DNA of 64,000 bases from positions 8,494,001-8,558,000 of the forward strand of contig NC_092672.1 of assembly GCF_964355755.1 (NCBI RefSeq), in the 5' to 3' direction. Below are positions 11,801 through 23,629 of the stretch, one piece after another. Numbering within the stretch: the stretch's first letter is position 1; each line of letters begins with the position of its first letter. The notes beneath the pieces are model-generated. The model ran no database searches. It was not told the origin of the DNA and was given only the letters and a program-made list of their open reading frames with translations. The stretch comes from Antedon mediterranea. Taxonomy: Eukaryota; Animalia; Echinodermata. The translations under genes were made by a program, and so were the position numbers.

Positions 11801-14800
11801 TATCATTACCCCAGTCATTTTTGGATGAAACACCTATTAAGGATATTGGATATGATCACACAATGAATAGTCTAATGTCCAACATACTACGCCATACACG
11901 CTTACAACTTGACTTCATGCCAATGAAAGGATGCTTTATTACTTATAGTGACCTACAGTATCTTTTGACAGGGTAGTGTCAAATTTCCTCTAGGATGAAA
12001 AGATTTTCAGAGAGATAAGATTTTAAATAAATTTGTTTTCTTTTCAGGAAAAGTAATGAGAAAGATTCAACCAACAACAATGAGCAGGTGTCGAGTCCAC
12101 CAGCATCCAAACCAAGCCAGTCTAAAATTCCAAATGTTGTTTGCACTAATGGCCCTCTATCACTGCCACCAGCCAAAGCTAACATCAGTTCATCTCCACC
12201 ATCATCACCACTGCCCGTCAAAAGTTCATCTCCAACAAAGAAGTCAATACTTGCTGGAATTCTTCCAAGTCTCCCTTCAAAGTTTAGTGGAGTAAAGTTT
12301 TCTCGATCGAAGAACCAAGCAAAAAACAACGCAGCTTCAAATAAAGACGCAAGTAAAGTGTTGTCAAATTCCAAATCATCTCCCAAGAAAGGAAGTTCAC
12401 CAATTACAATCAATATTCAGTCAAAAAAAATTGAAGAAACTCCAGTAGTTAGCAGTTTAGAGACAAAAGAATGTTTAATTATGAATTGCAAGCCGGTTAT
12501 AATGGCAAGCTCACCAGAATTAAGTCCACAACCTCGCTTAAGAAAAAGACAAAGTGTGGAGAGAAGAGGGCGTAGTAGAAGACAAGCTGTTGCAGATACA
12601 GCCTCTTGTTCATCATCTGAAGGGTTGTTGTTAACAAGTCCTGAAACAGTTCGCAAAGACTTGTTAAAGTCAAGACCTAACACACTAGAACTCAATGAAG
12701 AAGACCACACTAATGTTAACCAGGTAATTTCATGTTTAAACTAGATCTATGGTTAATGTTAACTTGGTTAATATGATTATTTAGTTTTGAAGGTATACAA
12801 CTTTTTAATTTTAACTACTGTATGTCTATGGTTTATTTAATGTAAACTATGCATATGACTAATGTTAACTTGGTTTATGATTAATGTTAACTTGGTTTAT
12901 GATTAATGTTACCTTGGTTTATTATTATTTAACAATAACTAGGTCTATGATAGATTAATGTAACAATTCCATGATTATTTAATGTTAACTAGGTCTATGA
13001 TTGATGTTCACTAGGTCTATGATTGATGTTAACTAGGTCTATCATTAATGTTAACTAGGTCTATGATTGATGTTAACTAGGTCTATGATTGATGTTAACT
13101 AGGTCTATGATTGATGTTAACTAGGTCTATGATTGATGTTAACTATGTCTATGATTGATGTTAACTAGGTCTATGATTGATGTTAACTAGGTCTATGATT
13201 GATGTTAACTAGGTCTATGATTGATGTTAACTAGGTCTATGATTGATGTTAACTACTGTAGGTCTATGATTGATGTTAACTAGGTCTATGATTGATGTTA
13301 ACTAGGTCTATGATTGATGTTAACTAGGTCTATGATTGATGTTAACTAGTTCTATGATTGATGTTAACTAGGTCTATGATTAATGTTAACTAGGTCTATG
13401 ATTGATGTTAACTAGGTCTATGATTGATGTTAACTAGGTCTACAGTATGATTAATATTAACCAGGTCTATGATCAATGTTATTGTTAACTAGAACTATGA
13501 AAAAACACATTTTAGGATGATCAGTCAGACTGTATTTGCAAGATATTTTCCCTAAAATTCTTGTACTTAAATATATTTTGAATGACATTTTAAGTAACCA
13601 ACAATATTCCTATTTTAATCATTTATAGAGTTTAAATTCCACATTATAAATACACATTTTTACATCAGATAAGAGTAACCTTTGATGCATTTTCCTGTTG
13701 TCAATCTTCTGTAGGATTCATTTGGGCATTTTTAATTTTATCATTTAAAAAAATCTTTAATGGCCATGACCAAAATGGTACTTAATAGGTTTCAATTTAA
13801 GACGTGGAATTATAATTAGTTAATGGATTTTTTAGTTAGAATATCATGATTGACTTACTGGAATCAAGTTCAACAATTGAATAAATATTCCAACAAATTT
13901 ATTCATTTAAGTTGAGCACAATGAGCAATCTGTATAGTGTAAAATAATATTTTAAATTATCTAAAAAACTAATAATTACAATGATAATAAGAAATAATAT
14001 TACTAATTAAATACTAATATACTTTATACTAACTGTATACATCATTACTGTACATTAATATTGTTAATATAACTGTTTTTAATAGTTTTTCAATATTATC
14101 AGGATAGTCAATTTTTTTTTAATGATACATACTGTCTGTAATTTAATAGTTTTTATTATCTGTGTCTATAATTAGTAAAGAAATTTAGTATTTCGGTTGT
14201 TTTATCGTATTTTAGGATGTGAAGTAGTCAAGGGTTTCCTTTAGATTACATACACATTCCCAACATCGTTGCAAAACGAAACACTTTAGCTTTACCAAGA
14301 GGATTAAGTTTGTCCGCAGAGCCATTCTGAGTATTTTCAGTCCTAAAAAAGTTTATAAATAGCTTCATACCTTGTATTGGATTATACTATTTTTAGATGA
14401 TATAATATGCAGTGTTTAGTTGCTGATTAGTTTGGCTTATGTTTAAATGCTATATTGATTTAGGTATTAAAGCTCTCATAATCACATAATTGGGGCAAGT
14501 TTTTAGGGTGGATTGGGGAGGAGACACAAGGCTTTTACACACAGACTCTAGGCCTAAAATGTAGTGTGCCTACTAACTCTAACTTCCCTTGTTGCAAGGA
14601 TAAATAGTTTGCTAGAATTTTATAGTTTTTATTGTTCAATGAAAGTGGTTTATGTTCATTATTGGTCATAGAAGTGTTTTATACTGTATGTGATCATTAT
14701 TGGTCATAGAAGTGTTTTGTGTGTTCATTATTGGTCATAGAAGTGTTTTGTGTGTTCATTATTTGGTCATAGAAGTGTTTTATGTGTTCATTATTGGTCA

Positions 14801-17800
14801 TAGAAGTGTTTTATGTGTTCATTATTGGTCATAGAAGTGTTTTGTGTGTTCATTATTTGGTCATAGAAGTGTTTTATGTGTTCATTATTGGTCATAGAAG
14901 TGTTTTATGTGTTCATTATTGGTCATAGAAGTGTTTTATGTGTTCATTATTGGTCTTAGAAGTGTTTTATGTGTTCATTATTGGTCTTAGAAGTGTTTTA
15001 TGTGTTCATTATTTGGTCATAGAAGTGTTTTATGTGTTCATTATTGGTCATAGAAGTGTTTTATGTGTTCATTATTGGTCATAGAAGTGTTTTATGTGTT
15101 CATTATTTGGTCATAGAAGTGTTTTATGTGTTCATTATTGGTCTTAGAAGTGTTTTATGTGTTCATTATTGGTCTTAGAAGTGTTTTATGTGTTCATTAT
15201 TTGGTCATAGAAGTGTTTTATGTGTTCATTATTGGTCATAGAAGTGTTTTATGTGTTCATTATTGGTCATAGAAGTGTTTTATGTGTTCATTATTGGTCA
15301 TAGAAGTGTTTTATGTGTTCATTATTTGGTCATAGAAGTGTTTTAGGTGTTCATTATTGGTCATAGAAGTGTTTTATGTGTTCATTATTGGTCATAGAAG
15401 TGTTTTATGTGTTCATTATTGGTCATAGAAGTGTTTTATGTGTTCATTATTGGTCATAGAAGTGTTTTATGTGTTCATTATTGGACATAGAAGTGTTTTA
15501 TGTGTTCATTATTGGTCATAGAAGTGGTTTTTTTTTCATTATTGGTCATAGAAGTGTTTTATGTGTTCATTATTGGACATAGAAGTGTTTTATGTGTTCA
15601 TTATTGGTCATAGAAGTGTTTTATGTGTTCATTATTGGTCATAGAAGTGGTTTTTTTTTCATTATTGGTCATAGAAGTGTTTTATGTGTTCATTATTGGA
15701 CATAGAAGTGTTTTATGTGTTCATTATTGGTCATAGAAGTGTTTTATGTGTTCATTATTGGTCATAGAAGTGGTTTTTTTTTCATTATTGGTCATAGAAG
15801 TGTTTTATGTGTTCATTATTTGACATATAAGTGTTTTATGTGTTCATTATTGGTCTTAGAAGTGTTTTATGTTCATTAGGCCTATATTATATATTTATAG
15901 GTTTAGAATACTAGTGTGCCATACATATTGAACTATTGAATTTTATATCTGTTTATTTCAGAATTTGTCACCAGGACCAGCGGTACAACGGCGTAGAGCT
16001 CTATCGACGCCAACACGTGGTCATCAAAAAATGCTAATTAATGAATCTGAACTTACAGATGCCATTAAGTCTAGAAAAGAACGTTTTGATTCCACTGGTG
16101 AGGACCTAGCACACGATGACTATTCCTCTAGTGATGACGAACCCTTTATGGAAATTCCACAAGCAGTGCAAGCTGCTCAGAAAGCTGAAAGAGATCGAGT
16201 TTTTCAAAACCAGGCCATTCAAGCAACACACAACAATGCAAAAGAACGAACTCACATGGTCCAACTAAAACAAAATACTGGAAAAGACCGAAATTGTAAA
16301 TTCCAAGCAGTACAAAATACGGACAAAGAGTTCATTTGTCAGACGATCCAAACTGCACAACATTGTGAAAAAGAGGATCCTAGTTCTACTGAGAATCAGA
16401 GTAAAAAGATCACATATGAAGTTGTATCATTAGGTGCCCCACTCGCCAGAGGAAAGGATTTAACAGAGTTAGCAAAAGCTATGAAATCAATGCAAAATAG
16501 AGTGTGTCGAAGGTCGTCTGTTGATGGCTATGAAGAACTGGAAAAAGAAGACCAACCAATAGAAACTGGTCAAGCTAGAAAAATTGACCGCCATGAAATT
16601 GAGAAAATTATCCATAAAAGTAAACTTTCCAAAAAGTTGTCATTATCAGAAACTTCTTGTAGACTAGGTGATCTTCAGGCTAATAGAGATTGTGAACTTT
16701 CCATGTCCGCGACAACAGAAATGGTGTGCAATAATACAGTTAAATTGAAATTGCAAAGAGTTCCATCTGCAAAGTCTAGAAAGTTTGAACAAGAAGGGCA
16801 AAGAAGCCCAAAGAGTGACAGTTTAGAGAGCAAAGGGCAAGATTTAGATGGAAAGGGGCACAAAAAACCCATTCCTCTACCAAGAAGTTATTTAAATCGA
16901 GACAGTGGACATGAGAGTAGTAATGATGAGAAGAGTGGTTCTTCCGCAAACACATCCCCGTCATCAACGCTATGCAAATCTCGTAATTTAAATGTCACTC
17001 CAATTATTAACATTGCAATGGAAAAGTGTCAAGCTATGCGAGAAGCTAAACAAAATGCAGAAGTGGTTATTCAGAATGGGAATGACACGTATATGAACGT
17101 GAAGTTGAAACCAAGACACCAGAGAGATCGGTATTATGAAAATGTGGCAATTGAGCAGGTCTTGCAAAGTATTTCTCAGGTAAGCTCAGCTAATATGAAA
17201 TTATGAACTATTTGATACCTATTTTTGACAGACTGTTACTACTCTATCTCAACAGCGAGACGTTCAATGTTAAGTTTTCGTCAGCTTTATGGACATGACT
17301 TTAGTTTAACATGTATTACTGCTATGTACCCTGTGCATATCTGTACATAATATACAGTGATATCTAATTCTGCAGAATTTGTCTTAATGCACATTTGCAT
17401 TCTATGCCTAGATTAATACAGAACTTTACTTTGGCATGCCGTACCAGTTTGTATCATTTCCTAAACTTCAAAAAGTGTGTAATTATACATCTGCTTCGGC
17501 TAGAAATTATTCTATAATTACTTCATTTTCGGACACTGTTAACAAATTGTTGACATGTCCTAAATGAGTATTTTATTAAACACATGCATATTACTAATGG
17601 ACCACATGATAAAATGTGTACAATATGCTCTGTCTCAAATATGATCGATGGTTTGTTAGTTAATGTTAATGGATGTTAATAATGATTGAGTGTACAGTAG
17701 TTTTACCTATAATTCCTGGATCTATTCCATACATGGCTTTAAAAGTATTTTGTTAGGCATCATCACTATAGAACACAATTTGTTTATATTGGAATATTAC

Positions 17801-20800
17801 AGTAGCTCTTTCAATACAAAGTAAAGTACTGGTCTCCAAAATTCTTCCAAAAGAATAAGTAACATTTCAATACATTTTTTTTTTACAGCGATCAGATTCA
17901 CCAAATCCTTCTCCTATTCCAAAACGAAGAGTACGCCATGTTTCTGGCGCAGACAGTGAGGGCTCTTCCTCATCAGAAATTAGTGTTAGTCCAAATCAAA
18001 ACAAGGTGCACTTGAGTAGTCAGTATATTAAACAAGACACTTCGTGTCGATATAGCGGCGGATCCGATTGCAGTGCAAGAGGTCGTGGTGATGGGCAAAA
18101 TTCACGCCCTGTTCCTGCTCCTCGTTACCCCAAAGAAAGTGGAGAAAATCATAGTATGTGTATATTCTTCTTTGTTAATAATATTAATTTAAATCAAGAT
18201 CTTAATGTAGGCTAGTAATACGAAGTAATAGTTCTGTATTTTTTTCCTGGTCTGTACAGTATGATACAGAATACATAAATAATACAGAAAAATAAAATAT
18301 TGGTCTTATTTACTGTAAGTAATAGCTGATTTTCGGAAACCTGTATCTATGTCCTGTATCATACAGTAGGAAAATTCATTAATACATTCTTATATATCTA
18401 TCACATGTGATACTCTATCATAGCCATAAGCCTAACCATATTCGCCACATGAGATACAGTATGTGACACTGTATTGCAGAATTTGCCTATGATACTGGAC
18501 ATAATTATAATGACATATGTAGCAATACAGTACAGAAAATTGGGTGTAAATTAAACCAACTAATTGTGTGTTTATACTAGCTTTATCGTTTCATTATTTT
18601 CTTCATTTTTTTTCATTATTCCAAAAGATACTGTTGATACTTATAATTGTCCATTGCTGTGCATGTAAAGGCCTTGATAAAATAGATATATTGCAACAAG
18701 TTTGACCAGTTAAAATATGTTACTTATGACCTACAATAATTAATTTTGGATGACTGTAAATGTTCTGCTAAACTCTCTGTATTTCCTTTGTACAGTCAAA
18801 GAGACACCTTTCTTCTAAAATTTTACTGAAATTATAGAAATTTTACTTCACTTTACAAATCTACACAGGAAATTGCTAATCACTCCGAGGCATCCAGAAT
18901 GTCTCGAGTTAACTAGAAACGTGACTAAAAAAAATCAATTTTTCTAGCAATTTTAAAAATAGCCTCTTCAATTTGCTTTTGTTTAGTAATATAATAATGA
19001 TAATGATAAGTTACATATTTCTGAATTTAAATATTGGTTCCTGTATAAAATTGTCTTTGTAAAAAAATGCTGTGTTATGTGTTTTAAAGTAAATGTTGGT
19101 GTATTTGTTTTATATATCTTTTCTTTTTTTTTTCGGTAGATGGTAAATTATGGTATTTTGGCAAGATGCCTCGGCAAGAATGTGAAAACCTACTGTTGTC
19201 ATTAGCTAAACCGTGCCAGTTCTTAGTGAGAGACAGTTCCCACAGGGTAAGATATTATAATACATTTTGCTTTCAAAAACTTACTTTTTTTTGTGTATAA
19301 CTGTTTCAAAGTTCTACAGAAATTGTATGACAAAATAACAGTATTTCTATAGCTTGGCACTGATATTTAAATCCCTTTAACAGAAAATAACTTTTAATTG
19401 AAAATTATATTATTTATTCATTTACAACATAAGTTTATTTATTGTACATGCTAACACAGTATGGCATTACTGATTGTAAAAGTGTATTCTCAATAAAAAA
19501 AAAACAAAATATTAACATAAAAAGTTACAAATACTTCCTAAAAATACAAAATATTTTATTTTTTATTTATTTATTTTTTTATTTTTATTTATTTCGGTAT
19601 ATAAAACATTACAAAAAGCAGAACAAGTCTGAAATTATTGTAGCACATTATATAAAAAATTTACATTACAGATAAAAAATACAAAACAATTTACAAAATG
19701 CATAAGAAAAATAAATATACTGTACATTAATCATTAAAATTTATCTAGTATTTTAAAAATATTTATCAAGGTTTTAATTTATTTTAAGCAATATATACAA
19801 TAGTATTAATTTAAATGAATTTATTTATTTACTTATAAAAATCCTATATAAAAAAAATTATTTCAAGTTAAGCAGATTAACATTTAGAATTGTCCAATAT
19901 AAAATGCAAAAGTGGAGAAAGAAAAATGTAAAGGTATTTTAATATGTGTTGTTTTTTTATTTTGCAAAGACAATCCATTGAATGTGATTTTGATATTGTT
20001 TGTAAGATATTCTACCTCGTAGTTGCACTGTATATAAATGTTCGGACCATGGCGCCAATATTGTTACGTTAAATTGGTTACTTGACTCAACAAATTTCCT
20101 TCTATAAATGTTTATATTAATACCTAATACAATTCAAATTACTGTTTTATTAATAAAATTCTGAACTTGATTTAACCTTACTTAGAATTATGTAAATTAA
20201 TTTGCTGACCTTTAATGATACTCGTTACAGTTGGAGATGGGTTCCAGTTAAGCCTTACGGTTACATCCTAGATTAATTTAAAACCCTGACCAGATTTTAC
20301 AGTTGGTTCAAACGCATGATGTCATGTAGCAAAATCAACATTAGCATTTCAACAGTAGCCTCTATGTCTCCTTGCAAACTAATTACGCGTGTGTCAGCAT
20401 ATGGACTTGTTATAATGACAGACATTCGTTTTTTATCTAGTGTTCCATGCTGATTTTTTGTAGGTCATATATTTTAAACCACACTTTTAACTTTACAATG
20501 TATAAAGCACTTTTTTACACATGCCTGTAGGAAAAAATTATATAATTAATAGGAAAACAAATGATTGGTATGTCAATGCAATTTGATGAATGTTATATGC
20601 AGTTTACACAACCTTAAACCAAATCTATCACTCTTTTAATCATGCCTTATTACTTAGCTGGCAAGGCTCAGAAAACTTTCATTGTGTTATGGGAAATATT
20701 ATCTATTAAAATTGACAGGGTGCTGGTTGCTTTGTAGTTCATCCTCCTAAGACCAGTTGGTGATATGACCATTCATGATTGAGCACCCTCCTCCAATGTT

Positions 20801-23051
20801 TTTATATGTTAAACTATAGTTCAATAATATTCGACAAAACATGCGTTTTTGACCAATTATTTATTATATTAGGAACTATACACATTTCATATTAGGTCAC
20901 AGAGAGGTCAAATATAATTTAATATTTTACCGATTGTATTATGTAATATTAGTATATTTACAATACATCTGCTCCCTCTCCCCCACTGTCATGTTCTATA
21001 TTTTGTTGACCTTTATAGATTTCTCATATCCAATTTGTTTTTACTGACATATGATACTTGAATGACTAGTTTGATATCTGGGGCATTTCCCGTACAGTAT
21101 GTCAAGGTATCGTACCGGTCTGTATCATCTACATGTATACCCACATTGTACAGGAAATATGGAATCCCATATAAAACTTTTATGTTACCATTTTTTTAAT
21201 GTATTGGTTCCTGGTGGCACTTTTACTTATTCCTGGTGGCACTTTACTTATTCCTGGTGGCACTTTACTTATTCCTGGTTGCACTTTACTTATTCCTGGT
21301 GGCACTTTACTTATTCCTGGTGGCACTTTACTTATTGCTTGTGGTACTTTACTTATTCCTGGTGGCACTTTACTTATTCCTGGTGGCACTTTACTTATTC
21401 CTTGTGGCACTTTACTTATTCCTTGTGGCACTTTACTTATTCCTGGTGGCACTTTACTTATTCCTGGTGGCACTTTACTTATTCCTTGTGGCACTTTACT
21501 TATTCCTGGTGGCACTTTACTTATTCCTGGTGGCACTTTACTTATTCCTGGTGGCACTTTACTTATTCCTGGTGGCACTGTACTTATTCCTGGTGGCACT
21601 TTACTTATTCCTGGTGGCACTTTACTTATTCCTTGTGGCACTCTACTTATTCCTTGTGGCACTCTACTTATTCCTGGTGGCACTTTACTTATTCCTTTTG
21701 GCACTTTACTTATTCCTGGTGGCACTTTACTTATTCTTTGTGGCACTTTACTTATTCCTTGTGGTATTTTACTTATTCCTGGTGGTATTTTACTTATTCC
21801 TGGTGGCACTTTACTTATTCCTGGTGGCACTTTACTTATTCCTGGTGGCACTTTACTTATTCTTTGTGGCACTTTACTTATTCTTTGTGGTACTTTACTT
21901 ATCCCTGGTGGCACTTCACTTATTCCTGGTGGCACTTTACTTATTCCTTGTGGTACTTTACTTATTTCTTGTGGCACTTTACTTATTCCTTGTGGCACTT
22001 TACTTATTCCTGGTGGCACTTTACTTATTCCTGGTGGCACTTTACTTATTCCTGGTGGCACTTTACTTATTCCTGGTGGTATTTTACTTATTCCTTGTGG
22101 TACTTCACTTATTCCTGGTGGCACTTTACTTATTCCTGGTGGAACTTTACTTATTCCTTGTGGTACTTTACTTATTCCTGGTGGCACTTTACTTATTCCT
22201 TGTGGTACTTTACTTATTCCTGGTGGCACTTTACTTATTCCTGGTGGCACTTTACTTATTCCTGGTGGTACTTTACTTATTCCTGGTGGTACTTTACTTA
22301 TTCCTTGTGGTACTTTACTTATTCCTTGTGGTACTTTACTTATTCCTTGTGGAACTTTACTTATTCCTGATGGAACTTTACTTATTCCTTGTGGAACTTT
22401 AATTATTCCTTGTGGTACTTTACTTATTCCTGGTGGCACTTTACTTATTCCTGGTGGCACTTTACTTATTCCTGGTGGTACTTTACTTATTCCTGGTGGT
22501 ACTTTACTTATTCCTGGTGGTACTTTACTTATTCCAGGTGGCACTTTACTTATTCCTGGTGGAAATTTCTTCCACTTGAAAAACAAAATTCAGATCATTA
22601 AAAAGTTGTAAAAAGAAAAAAAAAAAAATTCAACCAATCACATTAAGAGAGTTAGTTGTAAGAGCACTTTATTTGTAAGAGCTTTGGATAAACATAAGCA
22701 TGAAAATGGGGACATGAATAAAGAGAAATATGTTTAAACCCCTACATCTATTCAAAGGCTTTCATTGTGCCAATGAACTTAATTTACTAACATTGTATCA
22801 TTAGATAGATTGCATTATGTACTTCTATATTTTGTTTTTTCTAGGCTGGCGATTTAATGTTATCAGTACTTTTTGGAAGAAAAGTTCATCACTACCTTAT
22901 ACAAACCACACAAGATGAGAAGTTTTCTATCGCACATCATGATTTCAACTCAGTCACTGAAATTATTGATTTCTATACAACTCATGTTATTATGTACTCA
23001 CCGAAGAATGATCCGATATACCTCGGGGAACCATTTATGAAGCACCAATAG
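5874..23051 (+). CDS. SH2-domain adaptor protein (~893 aa): N-terminal Tyr motifs, long Ser/Pro-rich disordered region, single C-terminal SH2 (SLP-76/BLNK- or SHB-like architecture)
   Basis: Phase-consistent GT-AG exons 5874-5931, 11395-11446, 11622-11720, 12048-12723, 15962-17179, 17889-18153, 19140-19246, 22845-23051 total 2682 nt (894 codons incl. stop). The last two exons encode WYFGKMPRQECENLLL...QFLVRDSSHR|AGDLMLSV...VHHYLI...FNSVTEIIDFY...IYLGEP, an SH2 signature (WYFG, FLVRDS). Exon 1 (5874-5931) is the least certain. Confidence 0.85.
8136..8174. mobile_element. P-element-type excision footprint / mini-element (39 bp)
   Basis: GATGATG|CAGGGAGGTATAA..TTATACCTCCCTG|GATGATG: inverted ends with a perfect 7-bp TSD. 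Confidence 0.7.
12990..13490. repeat. 22-bp minisatellite (TTGATGTTAACTAGGTCTATGA)n in SH2-gene intron 4
   Basis: About 22 near-identical tandem units; degenerate copies extend back to the exon end at ~12710. Confidence 0.95.
14640..15877. repeat. 31-bp minisatellite (GTGTTCATTATTGGTCATAGAAGTGTTTTAT)n
   Basis: About 39-40 tandem units with 30- and 32-bp variants, in SH2-gene intron 4. Confidence 0.95.
21208..22563. repeat. 21-bp minisatellite (TTATTCCTGGTGGCACTTTAC)n in the intron that splits the SH2 domain
   Basis: About 64 tandem units; unit length divisible by 3 with few stops produces the spurious long ORFs. Confidence 0.97.
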
Positions 23052-23170
23052 AAAGCTCTTGTGGTTTTCAGAGTAATGATGTCAGAGCAATTAGTAGTAT
23101 GCATTCGCACACATGAGTAATGGAAGAACAACTGTAGCTGTTTCACATAGCCTAGCAAACTCCGGAGTAA

Positions 23171-23306
23171 AGCTTTGTCTAGGGCTATCAAACTAGTTTG
23201 ACAATAAAGTACCCAAATATGGTAGTGATATTCCCAGATATGGTAGTGATATGACATCATCATGTCCATATATGGGCACATAACGTTTGATAGTGTAGAG
23301 AATGCT
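23171..23306. mobile_element. Tourist/PIF-Harbinger-like MITE (~140 bp), abundant family
   Basis: Consensus TIR AGCTCTGTCTACACTATCAAACT; TAA flanks on both sides. Other copies: ~6663-6764, ~8756-8898, 30544-30669, 37109-38156 (interrupted), ~48642-48769, 52354-53776 (interrupted), ~54994-55119, 56748-56896, ~61704-61799. Confidence 0.8.
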
Positions 23307-23629
23307 TAACACAGACCAGGACGTTAACAATTGCGTTTGGTATGGTACAGTATGTACTTATATTTTGCTAGGTGATAGGAAAGAGGTACTTTTCAAGAGT
23401 CTGCTAAACTCATGCTAAATTTGTCTTGTTTTATGTTTGATAAGAAGTAATATAATTGTTGAGCATTTCGTGAATTATGTATATATATATATATATATAT
23501 TATATGTGCTAGATATGTGTTTATGAATTTACTTAAGTTGAATGATTTGATGCTGGTGTTGATAAATAAACATAATTATATTTTTTTGTAATACAAAACA
23601 GTGACTGTTGCCTGGTGCAACTAGAATAT

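Noticed and set aside
11979-12710. Minus-strand ORFs of 144 and 97 aa; similar shadows at 16675-16967, 35081-36119, 45051-45311 and 57192-57669
   Set aside because: Antisense or off-frame shadows of real exons.
12990-15877. CRISPR-like appearance of regular short repeats (also 29450-30001, 39037-39260)
   Set aside because: Head-to-tail units with no unique spacers, no cas genes and a eukaryotic context: minisatellites.
19430-20030. Possible decayed LINE 3' fragment (reverse); also a possible decayed TE at ~61850-62800
   Set aside because: Too degenerate to assign without a repeat-library search.
21099-22611. Four long ORFs (388-470 aa) such as (PPGISKV)n and (WWHFTYS)n
   Set aside because: By-products of a 21-bp tandem repeat open in several frames on both strands; it lies in the intron between two SH2 exons that join in phase without it.
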